Origin: Candidatus Binatia bacterium
GTDB taxonomy: Bacteria; Desulfobacterota; Binatia; HRBIN30
DNA: 64,000 nt
Reading direction: 5' to 3'
Assembly: GCA_038245295.1 (NCBI GenBank)
Contig: JBBRSP010000007.1
Location: 32,001 to 96,000, forward strand
Shown: piece by piece, positions 8,182 through 18,389 of the stretch
Layout of the letters: each line of letters opens with the position of its first letter
Numbering within the stretch: position 1 is the stretch's first letter
Notes under the pieces: model-generated
The model's database searches: none
Seen by the model: the letters and a program-made list of their open reading frames with translations, nothing else
What the model was told of the DNA's origin: nothing
Position numbers and translations under genes: made by a program

Positions 8182-9729
8182 TCACCAGAACAGCACGCCG
8201 AGGAGCGCCGCGATCGCGATCGCGACACAAACCCACGCAAACACATCACCGAACCGCTCGTACACCGACACTTCCGACGAGGCATGCACCGAGCCGCGGA
8301 CCGTCGCACGGGTGAACAGCTTACTCCTCACTTCGACCACTCCGCTCGGTGCGACGATGGCCGACGGCCCGGCGGTCGACGCCCGTACCAGGTAACGACG
8401 CTGTTCGACGGCCCTGAAACGCGCCATGTCGAAGGCAATGCCGGAGAACGTGGCGTCGCTCACCCACGTGTCGTTGGTCAGGTTGATGAGCAACTGTGCG
8501 CCGCGGCGCACGGCGTCGCCGGAGAGATCCGGGAACATCGCCTCGTTGCAGATGACGACACCGGCCGGCCCAGCAACGGTTGGCAGGATGACCGGCTCCG
8601 CCGCCGCGGTGAATTGCCGGACCTTGCCGAAATCGCGCTGCAGCAGGTCACTCCAGGCAAATGGGAAATATTCGGCAAACGGCAGGAGTCGCTGCTTGTC
8701 ATAACGCAAGCGTGGTCGACCCGAGGGGTCGATCAGGAATGCCGAGTTGAAATAGGTTTCACCGGTTGCGGTGACATCGCGATGTGGTCCACCGACAACC
8801 AGCTGCGCCTTGTGCGGTCCAAGCACGCTGCCAATCGATGCCTGATACGCGGGTTCTTCCTCGACGAAGAAAGTCATGGCGCTCTCTGGCCACACGACCA
8901 GCGCGGCAGGCTGCTTGCGCAACTCGTCCAAGGTGGCGCGCAGATAGGTTTCGAGGTTGCGACCGTAGAGGTCCTGGTGCCACTGCGAACCAAGGTCGAG
9001 GTTGTCTTGCACGATCAGCACGGTCGTCGCCTCGGTCGCCGGCGACGTCCGCGCCAGGCGCACCTCGCCATACGCCAGGGCTACAACCAAACACGCGGAC
9101 GCCACAGCCACCGAGGGCCATGCCGCGCGTGGACCGCTCCAGCGTGCCATCAACTCGACGAGTGAGAAGCTGACCAGGGCCAACAGCCAGGTGACCCCAT
9201 ACACGCCGGTGATGTCGGCAATCTGCATGATCGGCAGGACGCCGCTTTGGCTGTAGCCCCACAACACCCACGGGTTACCGGTGAGCACCGACGAACGGAA
9301 GAATTCGCCCGCCACCCAGGCGGAGGCGGCGGCCGGCGGCACCATCCAGGTCGGCAAACGACAGAGACGGCCATAAGCCGCACCCACCACGGCATAGGGC
9401 GGCACGACCATGAGCAGCACAACGGCGGCAAACATCAGCCAACCGAGCCAGATCGGCTGATGGAAGTAGATGTTCACCGTGCGCGGTAGCCACGCCACGG
9501 TCATTACCGCACCGGCACTCGCCAGAACCCCGCCGAGGAACGCACCGCGACCGCTGTGACAGCGACGCAGGACAAACAAGGCCGGGAGCAACACTACCCA
9601 GGCGAGCCAGCGCCAGGCGAACGGCGGGAAACAGGTTCCGTACAACAGGCCCGACACCACCATCACCGCGACATCGGCAATGATCCCGCCGCGGTGGTGC
9701 TTGACATCCGCAGGGTCGCGGCGCGACAT
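8182..9729 (-). CDS. lnt: Apolipoprotein N-acyltransferase
   Basis: Membrane N-terminus with GNPW..WGYSQ and ADITGVYG; nitrilase triad WPES, YDKQRLLPFAEY, ICNE; RAVEQRRYLVRA. Start uncertain (9729 or 9741). Confidence 0.9.
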   Translation of the reverse strand: MSRRDPADVKHHRGGIIADVAVMVVSGLLYGTCFPPFAWRWLAWVVLLPALFVLRRCHSGRGAFLGGVLASAGAVMTVAWLPRTVNIYFHQPIWLGWLMFAAVVLLMVVPPYAVVGAAYGRLCRLPTWMVPPAAASAWVAGEFFRSSVLTGNPWVLWGYSQSGVLPIMQIADITGVYGVTWLLALVSFSLVELMARWSGPRAAWPSVAVASACLVVALAYGEVRLARTSPATEATTVLIVQDNLDLGSQWHQDLYGRNLETYLRATLDELRKQPAALVVWPESAMTFFVEEEPAYQASIGSVLGPHKAQLVVGGPHRDVTATGETYFNSAFLIDPSGRPRLRYDKQRLLPFAEYFPFAWSDLLQRDFGKVRQFTAAAEPVILPTVAGPAGVVICNEAMFPDLSGDAVRRGAQLLINLTNDTWVSDATFSGIAFDMARFRAVEQRRYLVRASTAGPSAIVAPSGVVEVRSKLFTRATVRGSVHASSEVSVYERFGDVFAWVCVAIAIAALLGVLFW

Positions 9730-9739
9730 CGTTGCCGTC

Positions 9740-10837
9740 ATGACGAGTGCGTCTCTGCCGCCCCTGCGCCAACTTGTCCAGGCCATCCCCACGGAATGTT
9801 ACCGGCGCCCGATGTGGCGCGGCATCGCTTACCTGGTGCGCGCGACGCTGATCTACGCCCTGCTCCTGGCCGCCCTGTGGTACACCGACCAGCCACTGGC
9901 ACTGCTACTACTGTGGCCGCTGGCGGGCCTGGCGATCAGCGGGCTGTTCGTGTTGGCACACGACGCGGCGCACGACGCACTGTTCGAATCGCGCGCCTTG
10001 AACCAACTGATGGCCCGTCTCGCCCTGCTGCCAACCCTACACGCGGCGGCCGTGTGGACACTCGGGCACAACCGCATCCACCACGTCCACACCAACCGAG
10101 TCGATTACGATTTCGTCTGGCACCCGTTGTCGCCAGTACAATTTGCCGAGCTCACACCCTGGCAGAAGTTGAACCATCGCTTCGAGTGGAGCACCGCCGG
10201 CATGGGCTGGTACTACCTGCGGCGCATCTGGTGGGAACGCATGATGCGCTTTCCTGCGCCGGGACGCTTTGCGCCTCTGTTCCGCGCCGATCGTATCGTG
10301 GTTGTGCTGTACGCCACTCTCTGGTCGCTTTGCCTGGCGGGTCTCGGCTATCGCCACGGCGGCACCGTGTCGGCCGTGTGGACCTGGTGCAAGCTCGGGC
10401 TGATGCCTTGGCTGCTGTGGAACTACTTCATCGCCGCAACCGTATTCGTGCAACACACGGCACCCCGCGCGCCATGGCTACGCGGCGACGAATGGAAGCG
10501 CAATCGCGGCCAGCTCGAGTCGTCGACCAACTATCTCGTGCCTGGTTGGTATAATCTCTTCGCGCACAACATCTACCTGCACCTGCCGCATCACATCGAC
10601 GCCAGGATCCCGTTCTACAACCTACCCGCCGCTCTAGCGGCCTTGCGGCGCACCTATCCGCACCTCGTCCGCGTCAGCCGCCTCGGCTGGCGTCACTTCC
10701 TCCACCTGCAGCGGCACTGCAAACTCTACGACTTCGAACGCGGCGCCTGGCTCGACTATCGCGATGCGGCGGCGGTGTTGGTGACCACACCGCCAGCGTC
10801 GGCGACTGCCACCAACGGTGCCGCAACGGCGGCGTAG
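9740..10837 (+). CDS. Membrane fatty acid desaturase (delta-12/omega-6-like)
   Basis: His boxes HDAAH, HNRIHH, HLPHH; IPFYNL motif. Confidence 0.9.
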   Translation: MTSASLPPLRQLVQAIPTECYRRPMWRGIAYLVRATLIYALLLAALWYTDQPLALLLLWPLAGLAISGLFVLAHDAAHDALFESRALNQLMARLALLPTLHAAAVWTLGHNRIHHVHTNRVDYDFVWHPLSPVQFAELTPWQKLNHRFEWSTAGMGWYYLRRIWWERMMRFPAPGRFAPLFRADRIVVVLYATLWSLCLAGLGYRHGGTVSAVWTWCKLGLMPWLLWNYFIAATVFVQHTAPRAPWLRGDEWKRNRGQLESSTNYLVPGWYNLFAHNIYLHLPHHIDARIPFYNLPAALAALRRTYPHLVRVSRLGWRHFLHLQRHCKLYDFERGAWLDYRDAAAVLVTTPPASATATNGAATAA

Positions 10838-11529
10838 ACGCGGGCGAGCAATTCCTCCGGCGTCGCGCTGTCGCTCGGAGAGATGGCTGCGCCGATATGC
10901 AGCGTGGCGACGATCGGCGGGCCGGCGGCAACACGGTCGCGGATATGGCACCACAAGCTCAGGTCCTCGACCCAATGGGCGCGTTGTGTGTCGTAGATGA
11001 TCGTCGCGGGAATGATCGGCACGGCAGTGCGGTGCAGCAGGCGAAACAGGCCCAGGGGAAATTCTGCCGGCAGAGCCGCATCGCTAGTCGTGCCTTCGGG
11101 GAAGATGGCGACCGGGGCTTGGGCCAAGCGCCGCAACAGCACGCGCGCCGCGCGGGCCCGGCCACTCAACGCGTCGCGATCAACGAACACGGCGCCAATT
11201 TCCTGCAGCACCGGGCCAATCAGCGGCCAATCGACGACATCGCCACGACATAAGAACGTCGTACGAAACGCCGATCCAACGACCAGGGCATCGAGATAGC
11301 TGCGGTGATTGACGATGATCGCGCCACTCTGTAGCGGCACGACTCCGACGGTGTGCAGCCGCAGGCGCAAGGCTCGGCGTGCCCACGGACTCCAGCCGTG
11401 CAGCATCCCCACCGCAACGTCCTGAGCGTCGCCCCGTCGACTCTTGGTCAACCGATGGAACAAGAGACAGGCATAGCCGCTCACAATCAAAAACCCGGCG
11501 CCGGCCACGGCGCGCCAGGTTGCTCGCAT
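10756..11529 (-). CDS. Lysophospholipid acyltransferase (PlsC-like)
   Basis: NHRSYLD and FPEGTTS motifs; 3' end overlaps the desaturase. Confidence 0.85.
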   Translation of the reverse strand: MRATWRAVAGAGFLIVSGYACLLFHRLTKSRRGDAQDVAVGMLHGWSPWARRALRLRLHTVGVVPLQSGAIIVNHRSYLDALVVGSAFRTTFLCRGDVVDWPLIGPVLQEIGAVFVDRDALSGRARAARVLLRRLAQAPVAIFPEGTTSDAALPAEFPLGLFRLLHRTAVPIIPATIIYDTQRAHWVEDLSLWCHIRDRVAAGPPIVATLHIGAAISPSDSATPEELLARVYAAVAAPLVAVADAGGVVTNTAAASR

Positions 11530-11732
11530 TTCGGCTGCTTCCACGCTGGCGCATCGTCTCGCCGATCGTGCCTCGACGCAAGTGTTGGAACTGGGGTGAG
11601 CTCCGTCGTCCCGGCAAAGGCGGCCCGGTTCCAAGGGATGGCAATCGTCAGAGCGAAACCCCTTTCACAGCCTGGGGTCGTTGCACACGGCACCGACGTT
11701 GCATCTCTCTGCGCGACAGAGGGCTCGAGACG

Positions 11733-13361
11733 ATGGAAAGATCGGAGTTCGACGTCGTCATCATTGGTGGTGGGCATAACGCCCTGACCTGCGCCGCCTA
11801 CCTGGGCAAGGCCGGGGTCGATGTATGCATCCTCGAGGGTCGCCACGAATGGGGCGGCGCCGTCTACACCGCCGAACACACGGCCCCAGGCTTCTGCCAC
11901 AACATCCACTCCAATTTCATGGAGTTCCTGCACATCATGCCGTTCTTCGAGGATTTCGATTTGCCGAGCCTTGGAGCGCGGACGATCTTTCCCGAGGCGC
12001 AGGCGGGCATGCCGTTCGCCGATGGCCGGCCGCCGGTCATCATTTACCGCAACGACATGATCGAGCGGACCTGTAAGAACTTCGCTGTCTACTCGCAGCA
12101 TGACGCCGACACCTGGCGTGCGCTGAAGACGCAGGCCAACAACCTCGAGCCCCTGTTCGCGATGGGCCTCTACACGCCGCCCGCACTGATCGACTTCAAC
12201 GGCCCTCTGCCCAATCCGCACGAGGGCACGATGATGATGATGAAGATGTTCGGCCTCGATCCCGAGCTGGCCTTCAAGTCGATTCGCGACTGCATTGATG
12301 AGCTCTTCGAGACCGACGAGATCCGCGCCATGTTCTATCGCGTCGCCGTCGAGTTCTGCGGCCCGCCGATCGAATGGCCCGGCACCGGTGGGCTGTTCCT
12401 GTTCTCGTGCCTGATCATGCCCGGGTGCTGGCGCATGATGGTTGGTGGCTCACATCGTTTGAACGGCGCCATGGTCACCGCGTGTTTGAAGAATGGCGTC
12501 ACCATGCGCGAGGCGAGCCGCGTCAAGAAGGTCATCCTCGAAGGTGGCAAGGCGGTCGGTGTCGAAACCGTCGACGGACACAAGTACATGGCGCGCCAGG
12601 CCGTGGTCAGCGGTATCGGTTTGAAAGACACGTTTCTCGATCTGGTCGGCGAAACGCATCTTTCCGATTACGCCCAACGACGCATCAAGAACTACAAAGA
12701 CGGCCCGGATCAGGTCCTGGGCTCGGTGGCGATGGCGCTGCACGAGGCACCTCATTACAAATCAGCGGCCCACGACCCGGATGTCGACAAGGCGTGGTAC
12801 CAGATCGTCGGCTACGACTGCGCCAAGGATGTGCTCGACTACAACCGCGCCGGTCACATCGATCGCATTCCCGACCTGCCGGCGGCCGGGGTGTGGATCA
12901 ATTCGATCTGGGACAAGACCCAGGCTCCCGACGGCAAACACAACCTCACCGGCTGGTACTTCTTCCCGCGCGCCAGTGCGCTCAACGAAGCACAGTGGGA
13001 CGACGTCAAGGCGACGTACAACGCGCGTTTCTTGTCGCTGTACGAGAAGTTCGCGCCCAACATGACACCGAGCAACGTCATCGCCGACTATCTGCACACA
13101 CCACTCGATCAAGAGCGCGGCATGCGCATGCGCGAAGGCGATTTCGGCCACGGCGCGATGAGTATCGACCAGCTCGTCGGCATGCGGCCGTACGCCGGGG
13201 CCGGACGCTACTCGACCGAGATTCCAGGATTGTATCTGTGTGGCAGCTGCACCCACCCAGGCGGCGGAGTAACCGCCGCGCCCGGGTACAACGCGTTCAA
13301 GATCCTGTGCGAGGACTTCGGTTATCCCGAGGTGTGGCGCAGCAACACGCGCCCCTACTGA
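11733..13361 (+). CDS. FAD-dependent oxidoreductase, phytoene dehydrogenase-like (COG1233, CrtO/PYROXD2-like)
   Basis: VIIGGGHNAL Rossmann motif; C-terminal GLYLCGSCTHPGGGVTAAPGYNA. Confidence 0.85.
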   Translation: MERSEFDVVIIGGGHNALTCAAYLGKAGVDVCILEGRHEWGGAVYTAEHTAPGFCHNIHSNFMEFLHIMPFFEDFDLPSLGARTIFPEAQAGMPFADGRPPVIIYRNDMIERTCKNFAVYSQHDADTWRALKTQANNLEPLFAMGLYTPPALIDFNGPLPNPHEGTMMMMKMFGLDPELAFKSIRDCIDELFETDEIRAMFYRVAVEFCGPPIEWPGTGGLFLFSCLIMPGCWRMMVGGSHRLNGAMVTACLKNGVTMREASRVKKVILEGGKAVGVETVDGHKYMARQAVVSGIGLKDTFLDLVGETHLSDYAQRRIKNYKDGPDQVLGSVAMALHEAPHYKSAAHDPDVDKAWYQIVGYDCAKDVLDYNRAGHIDRIPDLPAAGVWINSIWDKTQAPDGKHNLTGWYFFPRASALNEAQWDDVKATYNARFLSLYEKFAPNMTPSNVIADYLHTPLDQERGMRMREGDFGHGAMSIDQLVGMRPYAGAGRYSTEIPGLYLCGSCTHPGGGVTAAPGYNAFKILCEDFGYPEVWRSNTRPY

Positions 13362-13410
13362 GGGAACCGCCGCACGTTGAACCGCCGAGACAAGCGCGAG
13401 GGCTCGAACG

Positions 13411-15012
13411 ATGGGAATGTTTGAAAACGGTTTCGATGCAATCGTGATAGGTGCCGGACACAACGGCATGTCGCTGGCCGCCTATCTGGCCAAGAGCGGC
13501 TGGAGTGTGGCGGTGCTCGAACGCCGCACCGAAGAAGGCGGCGGCCTCAACACCGAAGAAGTCACCGAGCCAAACTTCCTGCACAACCTGCACTCCAACT
13601 ACCACTCACTGGTCGGCCTGAGCCCGGTCTACGATGACCTCGAACTGCTCGACAACGGCGTCGACTACGTGCTGCCCGACGTTCAGATGGGCAGCATCTT
13701 CGCCGACGGCACGGCGCTCACCATCCACACCGACATGCGCAAGACCTACGACAGCTTTGCGCGTTTCTCGAAGAAGGATGCCGACACGTGGATGCGCCTC
13801 TGGGATGAGGTCGGCGGTTACATGGATCTGATGGTGCGCACACTCATGTTCGCGCCGCCCATCAAGCTGAACGACCTGACGCGTGCCCTCGCCTCCTGGG
13901 GCGTCGAAGAGCGCTCGGAGTTTCTGACGGCGCGCCTGCGCTCGATCTCGGTAGCCGACTTCCTCGACAAGCACTTCGAGAACGATCGCATCAAGGCGAT
14001 GCTCGCCTTCCACGCGGCGATCTGCGCCTACCAGCCGCACATCAAGGGCCTGGCGGTGACATTGCCGGTCCTGCTCGGCAAGATCGCCAATTGGCACCTG
14101 TGCAAAGGCGGCAGCCATCGCCTGGCGCACGCCTTGATGCGCGTCATCGTCAAAGCCGGCGGACGTGTCTTTCCACAGGTTCCGGTCGAAGAGATTGTCG
14201 TCGAAAACGGGCAGGCCGTCGGCGTGCGCACGCCGGATGGATTCATTCGCGCCCACAAACTGGTCGCCTCGAGTGTCGACGTGAATCAGACGTTCGAGAA
14301 GCTCCTCAAGCGTGAACACGTCGCCGACAGCACAGCCGCAGCGGTAGCGGAGGTGCAGTACCAGGACGCGACGCTGTTCAATGTGCACCTCGCGATGAAC
14401 GGGTTGCCGCGATACAAGGCGGCGAGTTTCGACCCCGACATCGAACGCGCCTGGATCTTGAACATCGGCTTCGAGTCGCTGGCCGACTTCAAGGACGAGT
14501 TCGATCGTATCCGTACCGGACAGCTGCCAGCGTCGCCGCGGCTCAATGTCGCCGTCAACTCGCTCTACGACCCGACCGACGCCCCCGAAGGCAAGGCAAC
14601 CGGGCTCATTCGTGTCTTCGCTCCATTCGGGCTGGCCGACGGCGGACCGGAAGCATGGCGTGGCGCCGCGAAGGACTTCGGACGCCGTTGCGTCGAACGT
14701 TGGGCCAGTGTCTGCACCAACATGAACGATGACCTGATCCGCATGTGGGTTGCCGAGACGCCGTACGACATCAGTCAGAAGATCATCAACTATCGCTTCG
14801 GCGACTGGATGGTGGGACGCATTCATCCGAAGAGTTTACTCGAGCACCGTCCGACCGACGAGTTGGCGCAGTACCGCACACCGATCAAAGGCCTGTACAT
14901 GTGCGGCGCCTCGCAGCATCCGCACGGCTACATCACGTTCGCCCCTGGATACAATTGCCTGGGCATCATCGCCGACGATTACGGAATGGACAAATGGTGG
15001 CAACACATCTGA
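13411..15012 (+). CDS. Second COG1233 phytoene dehydrogenase-like oxidoreductase
   Basis: IVIGAGHNGM; YRTPIKGLYMCGASQHPHG..APGYN. Confidence 0.85.
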   Translation: MGMFENGFDAIVIGAGHNGMSLAAYLAKSGWSVAVLERRTEEGGGLNTEEVTEPNFLHNLHSNYHSLVGLSPVYDDLELLDNGVDYVLPDVQMGSIFADGTALTIHTDMRKTYDSFARFSKKDADTWMRLWDEVGGYMDLMVRTLMFAPPIKLNDLTRALASWGVEERSEFLTARLRSISVADFLDKHFENDRIKAMLAFHAAICAYQPHIKGLAVTLPVLLGKIANWHLCKGGSHRLAHALMRVIVKAGGRVFPQVPVEEIVVENGQAVGVRTPDGFIRAHKLVASSVDVNQTFEKLLKREHVADSTAAAVAEVQYQDATLFNVHLAMNGLPRYKAASFDPDIERAWILNIGFESLADFKDEFDRIRTGQLPASPRLNVAVNSLYDPTDAPEGKATGLIRVFAPFGLADGGPEAWRGAAKDFGRRCVERWASVCTNMNDDLIRMWVAETPYDISQKIINYRFGDWMVGRIHPKSLLEHRPTDELAQYRTPIKGLYMCGASQHPHGYITFAPGYNCLGIIADDYGMDKWWQHI

Positions 15013-15515
15013 TGGCAACTCTGGATACCCGGCCCGATGTGTTGCCGGTGGTCCTCGTGGGTGACGATCAGGCCAGTGGTCTGGCCGACATGCTGCGCCA
15101 ATTCATCGAACAAACGCTGGCCGAGTCGCCACGCAAGCAACGCCAGGCGCGGTCCCTGTCAGGGGCAACCCTGTTCCGCTCGGCCGAGGACGACGACCTC
15201 TGTGTCTGCATCACGTTCGCCGGCGATCACATCGAATTGCGCGACGAAGCGACACCACCAGTCGGCCTACCAGCGATCACCGCCGACTTCCTCACCATCG
15301 CCCACTTGACGTCGGGGCAAGCGAATCCGTTCTGGTTGCTGGCACGGCGCCGGCTCCAAGCGCGCTTCACAATCCGCCAGGTGCCGTTTCTGCTGCGGCT
15401 GCTGCGTTTCATGCGAATCGAGCGGCATGCTCCATCAAATCAGATGGAAACTCCCCCTCTCCCAGCAGGACCGAATCTGCCTGAGCCGGGAGAGGAAGCG
15501 CCACGGACCCGCTAA
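15012..15515 (+). CDS. SCP2-like small protein
   Basis: ATG overlaps the upstream TGA (TGATG); AITADFLTIAHLTSGQANPFWLLARRRLQ resembles an SCP2 C-terminus. Confidence 0.55.
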   Translation: MATLDTRPDVLPVVLVGDDQASGLADMLRQFIEQTLAESPRKQRQARSLSGATLFRSAEDDDLCVCITFAGDHIELRDEATPPVGLPAITADFLTIAHLTSGQANPFWLLARRRLQARFTIRQVPFLLRLLRFMRIERHAPSNQMETPPLPAGPNLPEPGEEAPRTR

Positions 15516-15535
15516 ATGTTCCAAGGAGGCAACCC

Positions 15536-15988
15536 ATGTCGGTGATTTACTCGGATGCTTGGTATGAAGACATGAAGCGGCTGATCAACGGCTCCGAGCA
15601 ACTCGCGAAGCTGGCCCCCAAGATCCGGATCGCCTTTTCGCTCGAAGTGATGGGCGACGGGGCGTCGCCGTATGTCCCGAAGGATGGCGGCCGCTACTTT
15701 CTCTTGGCGATCGAGAACGGCAAGGTTACGGATTTTTGCCCGCTACCGGAACGCCATGATGGCAAGGGTCTCAACTTCCGCTTCACCGCCCCGGCGACCA
15801 TCTGGGAAGGCGTTGCCGCCGGCACGAACGATCCCATCCGCTGCGGCCTGCGCGGTCAGATCAAGGTGCGCGGCGATATGAAGTTCCTGATGGAGAATGC
15901 CGACGCGGTAAAGCTCGCCATCGATCTGTACGGTCACCAGGTGAACACCGAGTGGCCGCTGGGGGCGCCGCCGTATGTGCATGCCTGA
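15536..15988 (+). CDS. SCP2 sterol/lipid-binding domain protein
   Basis: AGGAGG RBS; FRFTAPATIWEGV..G.NDPI..GLRGQIKVRGDMKFLM. Confidence 0.8.
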   Translation: MSVIYSDAWYEDMKRLINGSEQLAKLAPKIRIAFSLEVMGDGASPYVPKDGGRYFLLAIENGKVTDFCPLPERHDGKGLNFRFTAPATIWEGVAAGTNDPIRCGLRGQIKVRGDMKFLMENADAVKLAIDLYGHQVNTEWPLGAPPYVHA

Positions 15989-16399
15989 GGTGTCCCGCAA
16001 CTGTGGCGAACCGTTGCCTCACCGCCAGCCCCGATAATTCTTGAACCCTTCTCCCAAGACGTGGCTCTCACGCAGAGGGAGGATCATACGATATGGAGAA
16101 CGGGTTCAGGGCTTGGCGCGTGTTCATTGCCCTGGCGTGCGGCCCTGCCGTCGTTCATCGAGGTCGTGCCGGATGGAATCGTCGAGACGTTACGACTGCA
16201 ATCACTTGGTTTTCTGTCGGTCGAGCTGTGATGGAAACGTGGGCACAACCATGAGGAAGACGGCACTCGGACGATCCCTGATGCGACTCGCCATAAGCGA
16301 CTCGTTGGGAATTGCGCCATGACAGTGGTGTGCCAATGTGGCAGGGCAAACGCCGTCGTGTGCCGTAGACGTGAGACCCGAGGCAGGAAAGGGACGGCC

Positions 16400-17770
16400 A
16401 TGGATTCCTACGACCGGTACATCAACCGGGCAGCATACATAGCGATGGTCTTGTTGGCATGCGCAACACTCGCACCTTGCGCCAGAGCTCTCGAAGAAGA
16501 ACCCGGCCTGACGTTGGGTGACGCTCTACGAACGGCCTTGAGCCACAACCGCACACTCAACGCGGCGCGGCAGCAGAGCGTCATGGCACAGGCCGGACTG
16601 ACTCAGGCACGCGCCGGGATGTTGCCTCGATTCGACATTGACGAAACGTTTACGGAAACAAACAACCCGACCCTGGTCTTCTCGAACCTGCTCAATCAGC
16701 AGCGCTTCACGCAGAACGACTTTGCCCTCGACAAGCTGAATCACCCCTCCTCGCTGTCCAACTTCGACACCCGCATCCGCGTCGAACAACCGCTGTTCAC
16801 GGGCGGTAAGCTCCTCGCCGGGCTCGATGCGGCGCACGAGGGTATCGCGGCGGCCGGGGGCCAAGAGGCACGCGCCGAACAGGAAACCGTCTACCAGACG
16901 CGACGCGCCTACTACGGCGTCCTGCTCGCCGACGGCAACCTGACGGCTGTCGACCGGGCCCTGGCGGCGGCGCGGGAGCATGCGGAATCGGCACAGGCCC
17001 TCTTCGATCGCGGTGTCGCCGTGCGTTCGGATCTTTTACGCGCCGAAGTCCTGGTCGGCAGCCTCGAGCGGCAGCGCATCGATGCTACCAGCGCGACACG
17101 CACCGCCCGTAGTCAACTGAGCTACGCGATGGGGGCCGGTAGAGACATCCGCCTCCAGGATACCGACGCCTGGCCGGCGCTCGACGCACCGCCTTCCCTC
17201 GTGCAGTCGACCGACACCGCGCTGAGGCAACGCCCGGACCTGCAAGCCCTCGAGCACGAGTGGCAGCGTAACGAGGCCATGCTGCGCCAGGTGCAAGCCG
17301 AATACCTGCCATCTTTGGGAGTCATCGGTCAGTACGACATCAATTCGCAGGACTTGAATCGGGCCGGCGACAGCTATGCCGTCTTCGTCGGAGCGAGGTG
17401 GAACGTCTTCAATGGTTTGGCCACCAGCGGCAAGGCGCAGGAAGCGGCCGCACAAGCCGCCCGCAGCCGCTTGCTGAGAGATGACCTCGCCGACCGCGTG
17501 CGCGTCGAAGTCGAACAGGCATGGCATGGACTAACCGGCGCGACACAGCAGGTAGACGTCGCGCAGCACAACCAGGAGCAAGCGCAAGAACATCTGTCGA
17601 TCGTCCGCGACCGCTACTCTGGAGGCCTGGCAAGGACTGTCGACGTGATGGATGCCGTGGCGACGCGGGAACAGGCGGAGTTGGAACTGCTGCAGTCGCG
17701 CGTCGCCCGTCAGGTCCGCCACGCCGAGCTCGAGCTCGCCACCGGTCAGCCCGTGCCATCTGCGGAGTGA
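16400..17770 (+). CDS. TolC-family outer membrane efflux protein
   Basis: Signal peptide, LTLGDALRTALSHN, two OEP halves (QPLFTGG; WNVFNG), RYSGGL. Confidence 0.9.
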   Translation: MDSYDRYINRAAYIAMVLLACATLAPCARALEEEPGLTLGDALRTALSHNRTLNAARQQSVMAQAGLTQARAGMLPRFDIDETFTETNNPTLVFSNLLNQQRFTQNDFALDKLNHPSSLSNFDTRIRVEQPLFTGGKLLAGLDAAHEGIAAAGGQEARAEQETVYQTRRAYYGVLLADGNLTAVDRALAAAREHAESAQALFDRGVAVRSDLLRAEVLVGSLERQRIDATSATRTARSQLSYAMGAGRDIRLQDTDAWPALDAPPSLVQSTDTALRQRPDLQALEHEWQRNEAMLRQVQAEYLPSLGVIGQYDINSQDLNRAGDSYAVFVGARWNVFNGLATSGKAQEAAAQAARSRLLRDDLADRVRVEVEQAWHGLTGATQQVDVAQHNQEQAQEHLSIVRDRYSGGLARTVDVMDAVATREQAELELLQSRVARQVRHAELELATGQPVPSAE

Positions 17771-17878
17771 GACGCCCGATGGCGAAGATGCCGGGACAAC
17801 TCGTCTCACTCGACCTCACGGATCGTATGACACCACACAACGGCCCCATCCCACGTTACGTTTGAGAGCGCGACGCGT

Positions 17879-18280
17879 TCAGTGGTTCCCGTGCTCCTGC
17901 CCGTGCCCGTGTTCCTGGTGATGCTGGGTATGCTTCCCCTCGTGGCGCCCGCCCTGCTCGCGATAGTGGGGAACGTAGACGTTGTTGTACCAGGTGTCCT
18001 GAACGAAATAGACCGGTCGACCACAGGCACCGTAGCGACCACAGTATTGACGCCAGTGGCTTGCATGGCGCGGCGGCACGCGCAGATAGAGCGGTTCCTG
18101 GACCACCCCTGGCTGAATGATGACCGGTTGCGGGTAGATCACTTCCGGCGGCGGTAAGCCGCCGATGTCGATGTGACCGTAGAAACCCGGCTGGCCGATG
18201 CTGACGGATACGCCGGCATCAGCGGCAAGGGGTAGAGCTATCAGCGCCGCGCACGCGGCAGCCAAGTAGAAGCGGTTCAT
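17879..18280 (-). CDS. Small exported Pro-rich protein with His-rich tail
   Basis: GAGGAG RBS; signal peptide; VSVSIGQPGFYGHIDIG...YLRVPP.H..HW..YC..Y.ACGRPVYFV, a conserved hypothetical family. Confidence 0.75.
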   Translation of the reverse strand: MNRFYLAAACAALIALPLAADAGVSVSIGQPGFYGHIDIGGLPPPEVIYPQPVIIQPGVVQEPLYLRVPPRHASHWRQYCGRYGACGRPVYFVQDTWYNNVYVPHYREQGGRHEGKHTQHHQEHGHGQEHGNH

Positions 18281-18389
18281 CAGAGTACTCCTTCTCCTCA
18301 CAATTGTCTGCCTAGTCGCGAGAAGGTCAATCAGGGAACTTGGCGGAGAGCATCGAACGCGCGGCGCGGCGCCGAGTTGGCCCGCCCAA

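Noticed and set aside
11379..11732. N-terminal extensions in the ORF track (also 20349, 29276, 31091, 37181)
   Set aside because: They overlap neighbouring genes or precede the family N-terminus; downstream ATGs fit better.
15991..16004. TGTCCCGCAACTGT resembles the cobalamin riboswitch core
   Set aside because: The upstream GGGAA/GGTG/AATCC elements are absent (that DNA is SCP2 coding sequence) and no B12 box follows.
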